A stretch of 64,000 bases of DNA, from assembly GCA_964016885.1 (NCBI GenBank), contig OZ024751.1:20646001-20710000 (forward strand), read 5' to 3'. Under the pieces are notes generated by a model that ran no database searches, was not told where the DNA came from, and was given only the letters and a program-made list of their open reading frames with translations. Shown here one piece after another: positions 44,349 to 57,292 of the stretch. The first letter of the stretch is position 1. Every line of letters starts with the position of its first letter. A program made the position numbers and the translations under genes. This DNA is from Eledone cirrhosa. Its lineage: Eukaryota.

Positions 44349-44437
44349 AAGAACAAAGTAAATAGATAAAACAAGCTATGAACAGAAGACAAAAAACCAA
44401 GAAAAATATATAAATATGTAAATATACATATATGTAA

Positions 44438-44520
<83 letters not shown>

Positions 44521-44628
44521 CATATATATATATATATGTATACATATATATATGTATATATATATACATACGTATATATATATATACATATGTATATATA
44601 TATATATGCATACATATATATTTATATT

Positions 44629-44660
<32 letters not shown>

Positions 44661-44693
44661 TATATGTATATATATATATATATATATACACGT

Positions 44694-44726
<33 letters not shown>

Positions 44727-45038
44727 ATAAAATATAAATGAATAAATATTAAAAGAGCAATCAATAAATAAAATAAATAAAATAAATAAATAAATAAATG
44801 AATAAATAAATAAATAAATAAATAAAATAGATATATAAAAATAAATAGATTGGAAAACGAAAGTGAAAGTAAAAGTATATCTCATCAGTTTTCTTGTAAT
44901 TGAAATGGTTATATTATACCATTTAATGGTATTGACATGAAAACTGATCAAAGTCTTTGTTTATACAGGAACGCCAACACCGCCTCATCTCACCTCACCT
45001 CCTCGTTGAAACCAGCCAACCAACTACGCCATTATTCT

Positions 45039-45106
<68 letters not shown>

Positions 45107-45109
<3 letters not shown>

Positions 45110-45325
45110 AGGCGTGTGGCTGAGTGGTTAGAGAATTGGATTCGCAATCGTAAGGTTGTGAGTTCGATTCCTGGACCAGGCGATGCATTATGTCCTTGAG
45201 CAAGACACTTTATTTCACGTTGCTCCTTCTACCTGGAGTTGCGACCGATAGATAGTATTAGCAATTGGAAAGACCAACGGAAACATTGTTCCCTCGGTCC
45301 GATTTGACGAAAGTCGATCATTCCT
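45107..45325 (+). mobile_element. tRNA-derived SINE family 2
   Basis: TGAAGGCGTGTGGCTGAGTGGTTAGAG, GAGTTCGATTCC, TGTCCTTGAGCAAGACACTT. A head-only copy lies at 46994-47062. Confidence 0.87.
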
Positions 45326-45371
45326 ATATATATATATATATACACATACATATACATATCTACAAAAGTAT

Positions 45372-46200
45372 ACACCAACCGACTAACCAGCCAGTCCACC
45401 TACCAACCAACCAACCAACCATGCCAATAATCTATACAGATACATATCGACAAAAGTATACACCAACCAACATTCCAGCCAGCCAGCCAGCCATCTATCC
45501 AATAACCAACTGCCAGCCAACCAACCATCAAACCAACCAACCAGCTAGCAAGTCATTAAACTAGCCAATTAACTAGCCAACCATCCAATCAGCCAACTAA
45601 CCAATCAACCAACCAACCATCCAGCCGACCAATTACTTGTCATCGAAGGAGCCGACCAACCAACCATCCAACAAACCAGCCAACCGTCCAACAAACCAGC
45701 CAACCAGCCAACAAACCAGCCAACCATCCAACCAACCAGCCAACCAACTAGCCGACCAACCAACCAACCAGCCAACCAACCAAATAACCAACCAACCAAC
45801 CAATCAATCAGCCAACCAACCAGCCAGCCAACCAACCAACTAACCAGCCAACCAACTAGCCGACCAACCAACCAACCAGCCAACCAACCAACCAAATAAC
45901 CAACCAACCAACCAACCGACTGACTGACCAGCCAGCCAACCATCCAACCAACAAATCAGCCAACCATCCATCCAACCATTCGCTGACTAGCCAGCCAACT
46001 AACCAGCGTACCAGCCAACCACTCACCAAACACCAACCAACCAACCACCCAACTCACCACCCCATCGTACACCAACCATTGCCCCAATCAGCCAACTAAC
46101 CAGCGGACCAGCCAACCACTCACCTAACGCTAACTAGCCACCCACCAACCACCCCACTCACCAACCATCCCCCAACCATCCAACCATCCCTCAACCCCAC
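45372..46200. repeat. Degenerate (CCAA/CCAG)n tetranucleotide array
   Basis: Direct reading. Confidence 0.92.
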
Positions 46201-46299
46201 ACCTACTTCACCGCTGGCTGTGTACTTAAAAACACTGACTTTTAGCACATTTAATGTTAATTGCTTCAGATATCAATGGTGTACTGTGTTGGTGTGTAT

Positions 46300-46307
46300 A
46301 CATACAT

Positions 46308-46342
<35 letters not shown>

Positions 46343-46368
46343 ATTTATACATACATATATACATACAT

Positions 46369-46399
<31 letters not shown>

Positions 46400-46425
46400 A
46401 TTTATACATACATATATACATACAT

Positions 46426-46468
<43 letters not shown>

Positions 46469-46590
46469 ACATACATATATACATACATACACACACACAC
46501 ATATATATATATATAATTTATACATACATATATACATACATACACACACACACACATATATACATATAATTCATACACACATATATACAT

Positions 46591-46656
<66 letters not shown>

Positions 46657-46659
46657 ATG

Positions 46660-46713
<54 letters not shown>

Positions 46714-46765
46714 TACATACAGACACAGACATATATATATATATATATAATTCATACATACATAT

Positions 46766-46810
<45 letters not shown>

Positions 46811-46856
46811 CATACATACACATATATATATATAATTCATACATACATATATACAT

Positions 46857-46870
<14 letters not shown>
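46300..46870. repeat. Higher-order ~55-65-bp repeat built from TA/CA microsatellites
   Basis: TAATT(T/C)ATACA marker recurs seven times. Confidence 0.85.
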
Positions 46871-46910
<40 letters not shown>

Positions 46911-47198
46911 GTATACACACACATATATGTACATATGTTCTGTTTCATCATTTAATGTTTAAGATATCAGAGAATTAATATCGATGTAGTATTGTGAAGG
47001 CGCGTGGCTTTGAGGTTAGTGTGTGTGGCTGACAAACTAATGATTGTGAGTTCGATTCCTTGCGACGCGTATCTATAAAAAATGTACGTTCAAACATACG
47101 TACATATATACGCATGTACGTATGGGCATACATATACAAACATGTATATATACATATACAAATATGTATATTATGTATGTTTGTATATACAGGTACAC

Positions 47199-47237
<39 letters not shown>

Positions 47238-47242
47238 CGTGT

Positions 47243-47422
47243 GTCCCAGATTCAATCGAGGGTAACCACAGTAAGTAAGGTACTCAATACATAGCAGAGT
47301 ATAAATATTTAATATAGAAATAGGTTCTACAGGACTAGAACTGTTTCATTCGAAGGAAATCATCAGGTTTTCCTGGTGATTTCCTTCGAATGAAACAGTT
47401 CTAGTCTGTAGAAGCCATTTCT
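47243..47422 (-). mobile_element. PLE-end family F copy with both HHR core boxes
   Basis: Minus CTGATGA-TTTCCTTCGAAT-GAAAC at 47343-47366. The fold-back turn (GGTTTTCC) lies just 5' of the core. Confidence 0.78.
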
Positions 47423-47423
47423 T

Positions 47424-47478
<55 letters not shown>

Positions 47479-47482
<4 letters not shown>

Positions 47483-47828
47483 GATAACAAAATATCGTTA
47501 TAGGTAATCCAGTTAGAGGTTGTGAATACTTCTTATCATGGATAGTTTTAGCGTACGGCGTTGTTTGATTCAACAAGAGGTTTACGTAGATGACGAGTTT
47601 ATGATTTCACTTGTATTCCTATGTAAGTTTATCTTGGAGTAATAAAATTGAAAAAGTGGAGAATAACAGGGTCAACAGTACAAAAAAGGGGATTTATTTA
47701 CAGTCTAACAATTGTTACACTGGTAAAGATGTCAGCAATTTTTAGACAACTTTATCAGTGAAACAATTGTTAGACTGTAAATAAATCTCCTTTTTTGTAC
47801 TCTTGAACATGTTATTCTCCACTTTTTC

Positions 47829-47832
<4 letters not shown>
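47479..47832 (-). mobile_element. PLE-end family H: tail + 88-bp imperfect inverted arms
   Basis: Arms 47646-47733 and 47745-47832. HHR 3' half GAAAC-AATT-GTT at 47760-47771. Confidence 0.78.
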
Positions 47833-47875
<43 letters not shown>

Positions 47876-47878
<3 letters not shown>

Positions 47879-47999
47879 ATTAATGCAGTAACAACATGTT
47901 AGACCATCGCTCACCAGAGAACTTGATACTTGGGATAGTAGAGTGTGGTAATATGAAGGATTCACAGGAACTCAGCCGTCGAGGTCCCGAATCCTTCAT
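47876..47999 (-). mobile_element. Degenerate PLE-end family A copy
   Basis: TTGATACTTGGGATAGTAGAGTG..GTAATATGAAG and CTCAGCCGTCG match family A. Confidence 0.7.
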
Positions 48000-48343
48000 A
48001 TATATATATATATATATAAATGTGTGTGTGTGTAAATACTTATGTATATATGTGTGTCTGTGCGTGTGTGAGTGAGTGAGTGAGTGTGTGTCTGTATGTG
48101 TGTGTGTGTGTGTGTATATATACTTTTTGAGACAGCTGTACAGGAATATTTCACAGAAGATGATGCAATAGGCCATATACTGAGCACCAGGAAATAAATG
48201 TCAAACGTTGTTACAATCCTTGTCTAGATTCTAAATATATATTCTCCTACCAATCCCTTGACATAAAACATCGTTTGACATATATAACTAGTTACAAATT
48301 TAAACTATTAGCTACATCTTCTGAAATTTTTATAAACTGAAAA

Positions 48344-48843
48344 TACAAGGGTAGGCTAAAAGGTTTATTGGCAGAAATATTCTTAAGCTAAAAGATTTAT
48401 AGGCAAAAATATTCTTAAGCTAAAAGGTTTATAGGCAGAAAAGTTCTTAGGCTAAAAGGTTTATAAGCAGAAAAGTCCTTAGGCTAAAAGGTTTATTGGC
48501 AGAAAGGTTCTTAGGCGGAAAGGTTTATAGGCAGAAAGGTTCTTAGGCGGAAAGGTTTATAGGCAGAAAGGTTCTTAGGCGGAAAGGTTTATAGGCAGAA
48601 AGGTTCTTAGGCGGAAAGGTTTATAGGCAGAAAAATTCTTAGGCGGAAAGGTTTAGAGGCAGAAAAGTTCTTAGGCGGAAAGGTTTATAGGCAGAAAAGT
48701 TCTTAGGCTAAAAGATTTATAGGCAGAAAGGTTCTGAGGCTAAAATGTTTATAGACAGAAAAGTTCTTAGGCTAAAGGTTTTATAGGCAGAAAGGTTTTT
48801 AGGCTAAAGGTGTTATAGGCAGAAAGGTTTTTAGGCGGAAAAG
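48344..48843. repeat. 32-bp (2x16-bp) minisatellite, ~15 units
   Basis: TCTTAGGCGG recurs at 48541 and 48573. Subunits TAGGCGGAAAGGTTTA / TAGGCAGAAAGGTTCT. Confidence 0.95.
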
Positions 48844-49038
48844 TCAAGTGTGAGTTTACGTACTTGGTTTTGCTTGAGTTCGTGGATAGTTTTGGTCTGT
48901 TGTAGATGTATTTAAGTTAAGGTATTTGGTTGTGTTTGTTATGTATATGGTTTGATAGACCTGTTAAAGCGTCAGATATTTATTCCGAGTCTCTACGTCA
49001 CTGAGTTCAAATCAGACCAAGGCCCCTTTTGCTTTTCA

Positions 49039-49093
<55 letters not shown>

Positions 49094-49472
49094 TTCAAAG
49101 GGTATATATATATAAATTAGACAAAGTCACAAATACATATATGCGTATATACGTTTGGCAACCATTCACGGTGTGGCTCAATGAAGAATTAATTAAATAA
49201 TTATTTATCAGAGCAATTTATAAAAATGTAAGTTCAAAGAATCATTAGATAAAATATATACAGTATTTCCTCTCTCAATCAGTATAAATTAACCACACAA
49301 AAAATCATTTAAACGTGACTATAAGTTTAAAATGTACTCATGAAGAAATAATAGATCAATGATACAGATTATTTTCCACGATGTACAACTATATGACACT
49401 TACCTAGTATTTCTTCTAGCCTGTAGAAATTGACTAGACAAATAGTTAACTACACGGAAGGAATTAGGTACA

Positions 49473-49660
49473 AAAGTGTGGTAAGATACCACCTGGATCA
49501 TAACGCACCAGAGTACTTGATACTTAGGGTAGTAGATTGGGTAATATGAAAAGAGTCAGGACCCCGACGGCTGAGCTCCGGTCGTTTCGGCAGCTAGATC
49601 CGAACAGTTCGGATCTAGCTGTCGAAACGGCCGGAACTCAGTCGTCGAGGTTCTGACTCT

Positions 49661-49667
<7 letters not shown>
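49473..49667 (-). mobile_element. PLE-end family A variant
   Basis: Arms around GCTAGATCCGAAC-A-GTTCGGATCTAGC. GAAACGGCCGGAACTCAGTCGTC. Confidence 0.82.
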
Positions 49668-49725
<58 letters not shown>

Positions 49726-49728
<3 letters not shown>

Positions 49729-50325
49729 TTGGTGCTACTAGTAACATGTATCCCAGTACAACCTGTCTCATGGTCGGGTCGTTGGCGACTAAACTGGCAA
49801 CCCCACCAAGGTTTCTTGGTGAGGAGGGTGACTTTGGACATCCTGCAGGACTAAAAACAAAACCTGTCAAAGGGCAAAGGAGCTCTTAAAAGTCAATGGC
49901 CATTCAAAATCACCGGGAGAGATGACCCCTTAGCCTTTGTCAAGGCAGAATTCTAGGAGAAGGAAAACTCTGATATAACACCTGCAACCCTGATGGTATC
50001 CAATGATATTGACTTGTTTTTCTTTTTGGTAAATATCATCTTGGTTAAGAGAGTGGGACTGGCTTTGTGCAGTGCCTTTGCTCACTATAAAAGCTTCACG
50101 GCACAGGCATTGCTTTATATCTGGAGATCTCTCTGCACTTGTCGTCACATGGTACCATGGACCCAGCACTATGTGTCAATAATTGTCACAAGTGTAGTGT
50201 TTGTACCAGAGTTTTCAAGTCGTTGGCTGAACTAAAAAGTCACACTCGTTCAGCGCATCGGTAGGGGTTCTCCTACATGGATATAAAGTAGTGGCCGTAC
50301 TCGAAAACGAGTTGGCAGCCACCAT
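49726..50325 (+). mobile_element. RTE-derived non-autonomous element, copy 3
   Basis: Near-identical to 5877-6480. Confidence 0.82.
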
Positions 50326-50347
50326 ATATATGTATATATATATATAT

Positions 50348-50816
50348 AAAAGTTATGAAACGAAAGGAGCTGTGTGGTTACTAAAAACAAGGTTTAGGAT
50401 GGTGGTTAGGACGGAACAGGAGGAGAAAGGAATTTCCATCGTCAGCTGTAAATGTATCCCGAACCGATGTTTAGGCGCTGAATTACAGGACATCGGTGTG
50501 GTTCGGGTGCGCCCGAAGCCTTTTATTAATCAAAAGGCCAGGTGGAAAAGGAGAGAGAAAAGGAAAGAGAGGGAAAGGAGGAAGAACAGGGGGGAAAAGA
50601 TGAGGAAAGAGGAAGAAGGGGAAAATAGGAAAGGAATAGAAGAAAAAAAGTGTACAGATCCCATCGTGGGAAGACACAGGTGAAAGAAACATGCAAAAAA
50701 GTAACCGTGGAAAAATAGGGAAAGTAAGTTGTGGCCAATCTGGGAGACTTTAGCCTGGGAGTCAGCTACGACTGAGGGCTGGTATAATGGTGCTGCCTCT
50801 CGCATAGACAGGAGAA

Positions 50817-50903
<87 letters not shown>

Positions 50904-51248
50904 GAGAGACATGGGCAACCAAAAGTGAGGAGGAGAAGGGAAAGGGAGATAATCCAGAAGGTTTTTTTTTACGACGGCGGTAAAAACGTGCCGCGCAAAG
51001 ACGGCAATCAAGACCGAACGAATGGATAGAGAGAGAGGGAGAGAGAAAAAAACGAGAGTGAGGAGGAGAAGGGAAGAGAGAAGGGTGGGTCGATGCGAAA
51101 GTGGGGAGGGTACACAGATCGACCAAAGCAGGTAGGGTCACTGCGGTGAATAGAAAAAGTTATGAAACGAAAGAAGCTGTGTGGTTACTAAAAACAAGGT
51201 TTAGGATGGTGGTTAGGACGGAACAGGAGGAGAAAGGAATTTCCATCG

Positions 51249-51250
<2 letters not shown>
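50348..51250. mobile_element. Unclassified 903-bp insertion with 96-bp terminal direct repeats in (TA)n
   Basis: 50348-50443 and 51155-51250 differ at one position seen. Purine-rich interior with (GA)n. No credible ORF. Confidence 0.65.
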
Positions 51251-51307
<57 letters not shown>

Positions 51308-51311
<4 letters not shown>

Positions 51312-51477
51312 AACCAGTAAGACCCCGACAGCTGAGCTCAAGCCGTTTCGACGGCTAATTCTGGACATGAGCTCAGCTGTCGGGGTCTTACTGGTTCCTA
51401 TTACCCACTCTACTACCTCAAGTATTGAGTACTTTGGTGCGTTATGGTCCACCTGGTTCCTTACCACATTTCCTTCG

Positions 51478-51479
<2 letters not shown>
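51308..51479 (+). mobile_element. PLE-end family A copy
   Basis: Arm and tail essentially identical to 12067-12225, with a different turn. Confidence 0.87.
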
Positions 51480-51549
<70 letters not shown>

Positions 51550-51819
51550 ATGCAGTGCCACATCAGTTAATGCCAACAGGGGAAAATGACACAAAGTGTT
51601 TCCTATTTAGGGCTTGATGGTAAATGTTGGGGTTATTATATGTCTTTCATCGTGTGTATGTACATATTCACACAAACACGTACACACACATACATACATA
51701 TACACTGAGACTCACACAAACACACACATCATACTATCACAAATGCCTTGCCCTGTAATTGGTGTCAATTTTTATTTTATTACATCACTTACTACCGAAG
51801 TAGTATCCAATGCGTATCT

Positions 51820-52345
51820 GTGTGTGTGTGTGTGTGTATGTGTGTGTGTGCATGTGTGTGCGTGTGTGTGAGCGTGTGTGTGAGTGTGTGTGCGTGTGTG
51901 TGAGTGTGTGTGTGTGTGTGAGAGAGAGCGTATGTGTAGTGTGTGTGTGTATGAGCGTGTATGTGAGTGTGCGCGCGTGTGTGTGAGTGTGTGCGTGTGT
52001 GTGAGTGTGTGTGTGTGTGAGAGAGAGCGTATGTGTAGTGTGTGTGTGTGTGAGCGTGCATGTGCATGTGCATGTGTGTGCATGTGTGTGTGTGTGCATG
52101 TGTGTGCGTGTGTGTGAGCGTGTGTGTGAGTGTGTGTGCGTGTGTGTGAGTGTGTGTGTGTGTGTGTGAGAGAGAGCGTATGTGTAGTGTGTGTGTATGA
52201 GCGTGTATGTGAGTGTGCGCGCGTGTGTGTGAGTGTGTGCGTGTGTGTGAGTGTGTGTGTGTGTGAGAGAGAGCGTATGTGTAGTGTGTGTGTGTGTGAG
52301 CGTGCATGTGCATGTGCATGTGTGTGCATGTGTGTGTGTGTGTAT
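51820..52345. repeat. (GT)n-derived block with a 246-bp tandem duplication
   Basis: GCGCGCGTGT at 51971/52217 and GAGCGTGCATG at 52052/52298. Confidence 0.9.
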
Positions 52346-52486
52346 GAACATCCGCTCACAATGTTTATATAAACATACACAAGCTCACACATGATTTTAT
52401 GTGTATATGTATGTCGATCTTATTTACTTGGATTATAGTAAGGTATTCATCTGGGGTTAAGTCAAACAGGAAGCCTTTATCTACTC

Positions 52487-52779
52487 CAGTCACGGGCAAC
52501 CTGCGGTCTGCGAAGCTTTCTGAATGGCTCACCTAAGTCACCTAAGTGAAATCTTTCTGATTTTTTTTTACACCAACTTTTCAGTCGTAATTTATCTTTC
52601 TATCATTTTTATGATCGAGGAAAACAACGTCTACGAATTCTGAAGAAACAAATCAAAACAAGCTGAGTTACCACCCTTTGTTTTTAATGCGGGCACGTAT
52701 GTAAATTAGCGCTTGCGGCCCGCCTGGTGATGAGCCATATCCCATGCGGCCCGCTTCTCGAAAAAGGTTGCCATGCCGG
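52487..52779. mobile_element. hAT (Charlie-like) MITE
   Basis: Ends CAGTCACGGGCAACCT / AGGTTGCCATGCCGG. Internal TGCGGCCCGC repeats. 8-bp flanks ATCTACTC / ATCTAGTC. Confidence 0.85.
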
Positions 52780-52849
52780 ATCTAGTCTCTCAATCAGCGA
52801 GAAATAGCACCCAAATCTACCACATGTTAATTGCCATCATCTTTGTATG

Positions 52850-53029
52850 TAGGGATCCGGAACTCCCGATGGTACATGCACACATGCATGTGTATTTATG
52901 CTAGCTGAAAGGATTGGGGCCAATAAGAAATTAAATGTCTTGTCCAAGGACACAACGCACTGATAGAGATTCAACTCACAACCTTACGAATGTTTGCCGA
53001 TCACTTTAAACACTGAGCCACGCGCCTTC
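52850..53029 (-). mobile_element. tRNA-derived SINE family 2, diverged
   Basis: Minus GAAGGCGCGTGGCTCAGTG...GAGTTGAATC...TGTGTCCTTGGACAAGACATTT. Confidence 0.78.
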
Positions 53030-53161
53030 GAGGAAACTGTGTATAGACAGATGTGAAAACCTTTCTTATACAATATACTTATTAAAAACAAGAAGAAACT
53101 CGTTCAAAATATTTCCTGAGATTTTATTGGCAATTTAAAGAACAACTCACCCACGCGCGCG

Positions 53162-53202
<41 letters not shown>

Positions 53203-53330
53203 GTGTGTATATATATATTTATATATACATACACAAACATTGCATATGGTTATAACAGTCGCGTAGAAAATGCGAAACCATAGTGCGTTTGACTCTAACA
53301 TACATATAAACATATGTACAATATGCACAA

Positions 53331-53375
<45 letters not shown>

Positions 53376-53425
53376 ATATATAAATATATATAGATATAGA
53401 TATATGTGTATATAAATATGTGTGT

Positions 53426-53459
<34 letters not shown>

Positions 53460-53477
53460 AGATATATACACACACAT

Positions 53478-53527
<50 letters not shown>

Positions 53528-53842
53528 ATATACACACATACACACACAGACATATATATGTATATATATATATATATATGTATATATAGATGTGTATGTA
53601 TGCATGTATGTATAAATATACGTATATATATATATTCGTCACATCATGTAAACAAGAAAAGGAAGGCAGGTGTTTGTAGGTGGTGTGGGTGAACTGCGTG
53701 ATGTTCAAGAGGATGTGACACACACACGTGTGTGTGAGTGTGTGTGTGTGGGTGGCATTACGTAAAATCACCTGAAGGTAACATGCTCCAGCAGTAAGGC
53801 GACGGCAGGGGGCGGGCTAGGTATGTGTGTAATTAGAGTAAG

Positions 53843-54805
53843 GGTGTTGTTGTTGGTGGTGTTGGTGGTGGTGTTGGTGTTGTTGGTGGTGTTGTTGTTG
53901 GTGTTGGTGGTGTTGGTGATGGTGGTGGTGTTGTTGTTGGTGTTGGTAGTTGTGTTGGTGGTGTTGTTTGTGGTGTTGGTGGTGTTGGTGGTGTTGGTGG
54001 TGGTGGTGGTAGTTGTGTTGTTGTTGGTGGTGTTGGTGGTGGTGTTGGTGGTGGTGGTGGTGGTTGTGTTGGTGTTTGTGGTGTTGGTGGTGGTGGTGGT
54101 GTTGGTGGTGTTGGTGGTGGTGGTGGTGTTGGTGGTGTTGGTGGTGTTGGTGGTGTTGGTGATGGTGGTGTTGGTGGTGGTAGTTGTTGTTGGTGGTGTT
54201 GTTGGTGGTGTTGGTGGTGTTGGTGATGTTGGTGGTGTTGGTGGTGGTAGTGGTAGTTGTGTTGTTGTTGGTGGTGTTGGTGGTGTTGGTGGTGGTAGTT
54301 GTGTTGCTGTTGGTGGTGGTGTTGGTGGTGGTGGTGGTGGTGTTGGTGGTGGTAGTTGTGTTGCTGTTGGTGGTGGTGTTGGTGGTGTTGGTGATGGTGG
54401 TGTTGGTGGTGGTAGTTGTTGTTGGTGGTCTTGTTGGTGGTGTTGGTGGTGTTGGTCGTGTTGATGGTGGTGTTGGTGGTGTTGGTGATGGTGGTGTTGG
54501 TGGTGGTAGTTGTTGTTGGTGGTGGTGTTGGTGGTGTTGGTGATGGTGGTGTTGGTGGTGGTAGTTGTTGTTGGTGGTCTTGTTGGTGGTGTTGGCGGTG
54601 TTGGTCGTGTTGATGGTGGTGTTGGTGGTGTTGGTGTTGGTGGTGGTAGTTGTGTTGCTGTTGGTGGTGATGTTGGTGGTGTTGGTGGTGTTGGTGGTGT
54701 TGGTCGTGTTGATGGTAGTGTTGGTGTTGGTGGTGGTGTTGGTGGTGGTAGAGGAGATGACAGTAGTGCTGTTAGTAGTGTTTGTGGGATGTTGATGGTG
54801 GTGGG
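53843..54805. repeat. (GGT/GTT)n array
   Basis: Direct reading. Confidence 0.97.
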
Positions 54806-55189
54806 GCTTAAACTAAAAAAATGTACCGCAAAACAGAAAACACAAATATTTACAGTGGATATGTTTGTCCTTGAATATATGTTGACCCAGAATATATTGT
54901 CAGATATCTCTCTCCCCTCCTCACCTCTCCTCCCTCCCTTCTAACACTTCCTCCTTACAAACTATATCTCTCCTTGTCTTGTCTAAGTACATTGATTCAA
55001 GCAATAGAATGCGGCCATGCTGGAGCACCGCTTCGATTTAGTCGATCATGTCAATCTCAGATTTAATTTTTTATTGTTTTCGATTTTGTTTATTTTTAAA
55101 TACTTTTTATATTGATCTCATTTTGTCGAACTGCTAGTTTACGAGACATAGAGACAGACAAAATCGTACACACACACAGAACGATTAGT

Positions 55190-55262
<73 letters not shown>

Positions 55263-55263
55263 A

Positions 55264-55322
<59 letters not shown>

Positions 55323-55323
55323 A

Positions 55324-55382
<59 letters not shown>

Positions 55383-55465
55383 AAAATTGAACGGGAACAA
55401 AACAGAGAGGCAGTACGAACAAAGGTTTATTAGTTTCACGCTCTTGAGAGTGGGGTGGTGGTAGG

Positions 55466-55500
55466 GAACGACGTTTCGGGAATAAGCCCTTCTTCAGGTG
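55466..55500 (-). ncRNA. Minimal hammerhead motif in PLE-end island (55378-55548)
   Basis: Minus: CAC-CTGAAGA-AGGG-CTTATT-CCC-GAAAC-GTC. Helix I pairing is weak. Confidence 0.7.
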
Positions 55501-55545
55501 AAAAGTGTGTGGGAAGAGAGTTCAAAGGGTGTGTAGGGGAGTGGT

Positions 55546-55606
<61 letters not shown>

Positions 55607-55690
55607 ACTCTTTTACTTGTTAACTTCGGGGAGGAGATTTTTAAAAGATTCCTGGTTAACTTTCCTGGAGAACTTTCTCGCATTCGTCGC

Positions 55691-55780
55691 TGTAAAAAAG
55701 TGCCAAGCTTCATCAGAGATGATATGGAATTCCTGAACTATATCCCCCAGAAAGTACACCAAGAAACAATCTTAGTCAGC
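55691..55780 (+). pseudogene. Penelope-type reverse transcriptase fragment in the loop of a fold-back
   Basis: CKKVPSFIRDDMEFLNYIPQKVHQETILVS resembles the PLE RT segment (PSyIkD..dFL...LVS) just before motif A. Flanked by 30-bp inverted repeats. Confidence 0.75.
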
Positions 55781-55907
55781 CCCCGACGAAAGCGAGAAGG
55801 TTCTGCAGGAAAGAACCTACTAGATCTACAAAAACAAATTGTAAAATTATAATATTATAAAATTAAATTGTTTAGAACTACAAGTGAAGTCATTCTTTTC
55901 CTTTTTT

Positions 55908-55965
<58 letters not shown>

Positions 55966-56304
55966 TAATGATTGTGTGTACACGATGGCCTTCTGCAGTT
56001 TCCTTCTACCAAATTCCATTCACATGGCAATAGTCAACCCGAGGGTAGAAGTTGAGGACACGTACTCATGGTGCCACATTGCGGAACTGAACCAAGAAAA
56101 CTATGGTGACGAAGTCATTTTCTTAACCCCATAACTATGCTTGTGACTATGTTTTAAGATGGCTGACTAACAACAGCCCCTTTTTTCTCAATTTGCAGGG
56201 AAATATTGGCATGTATATAATTGGCATGTATATATACTAAAACTTTGTAAATTTAAATTCATTTACGCTATCTCGGTTATTTCTATTCTGTAGACACACA
56301 CACA

Positions 56305-56395
<91 letters not shown>

Positions 56396-56537
56396 GCAGA
56401 GGTTATATTTAATTTGTTGGGATTCAACAAGCTTAAACATTTTTATAACTGATATAAAGCACTATATCCAGCGAATTTCAACCGTTGAGGTTGTCTTTTT
56501 TCCGGGTATGTCAATATTTATTTATAAAACAAATCTG

Positions 56538-56603
56538 TATTTTATCTGATGAAAGCGCACCATAATTCACCTTGGTTGCCCTTGAAATATATATAATAAA
56601 ATA
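56538..56603 (+). ncRNA. Minimal hammerhead motif in a family G relative (56396-56647)
   Basis: TATTTTAT-CTGATGA-helix II-GAAAT-ATAT-ATA^ATAAAATA. Downstream sequence matches 38490-38540. Confidence 0.82.
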
Positions 56604-56729
56604 AATATGGTTTTATAAATATAGTTTCCATTTATTAATATATTGTATATATATATATATATATATATGTATACATACATACATTTATATATATATATGT
56701 AAACACACATGCAAACATATACAAACACA

Positions 56730-56955
56730 CATACATACATACGTACATACATACATACATGCGTACATACATACATACATACGTACATACATACATACAT
56801 ACATACATACATACATACATACATACATACATACATACATACATACATGCGTACATACATACATACGTACATACATACATACATACGTACATACATACAT
56901 ACATACATACATACATACGTACATACATACATACATGCATACATACATACATACA

Positions 56956-56987
<32 letters not shown>

Positions 56988-57104
56988 CAAATACACATAC
57001 ATACAAGCATATATACAAACATACTTATACATATAGATTTGGCAATGCAGTGGCTTGGCATTTTAACCCCCGCCGCCGACAAAGCCATTGCCATCAGATG
57101 TACC

Positions 57105-57172
<68 letters not shown>

Positions 57173-57180
57173 GAACATCA
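56730..57180. repeat. (ATAC)n and (CAT)n microsatellites
   Basis: Direct reading. Confidence 0.96.
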
Positions 57181-57235
57181 TCCACTTGCAGATATATATA
57201 CATTCAAACATACATATATGTAGCTATGTATATGA

Positions 57236-57286
<51 letters not shown>

Positions 57287-57292
<6 letters not shown>

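Larger units (their letters stand above)
54990..56150 (-). mobile_element. Old SINE family 3 split by an expanded internal microsatellite that hosts PLE islands
   Basis: 3' part TGCGGCCATGCTGGAGCACCGC...TTTTGTCGAACTGCTAG (54990-55170) and head part CAGTTTCCTTCTACCAAATTCC...GGACACGTACTCATGGTGCCAC (55975-56150). Joining them relies on memory of an abundant octopus repeat. Confidence 0.55.

Noticed and set aside
50425-50520. Twister-like ribozyme on the minus strand (TAA-TTCAGC...GCTGA)
   Set aside because: The conserved twister loop and pseudoknot nucleotides could not be placed.
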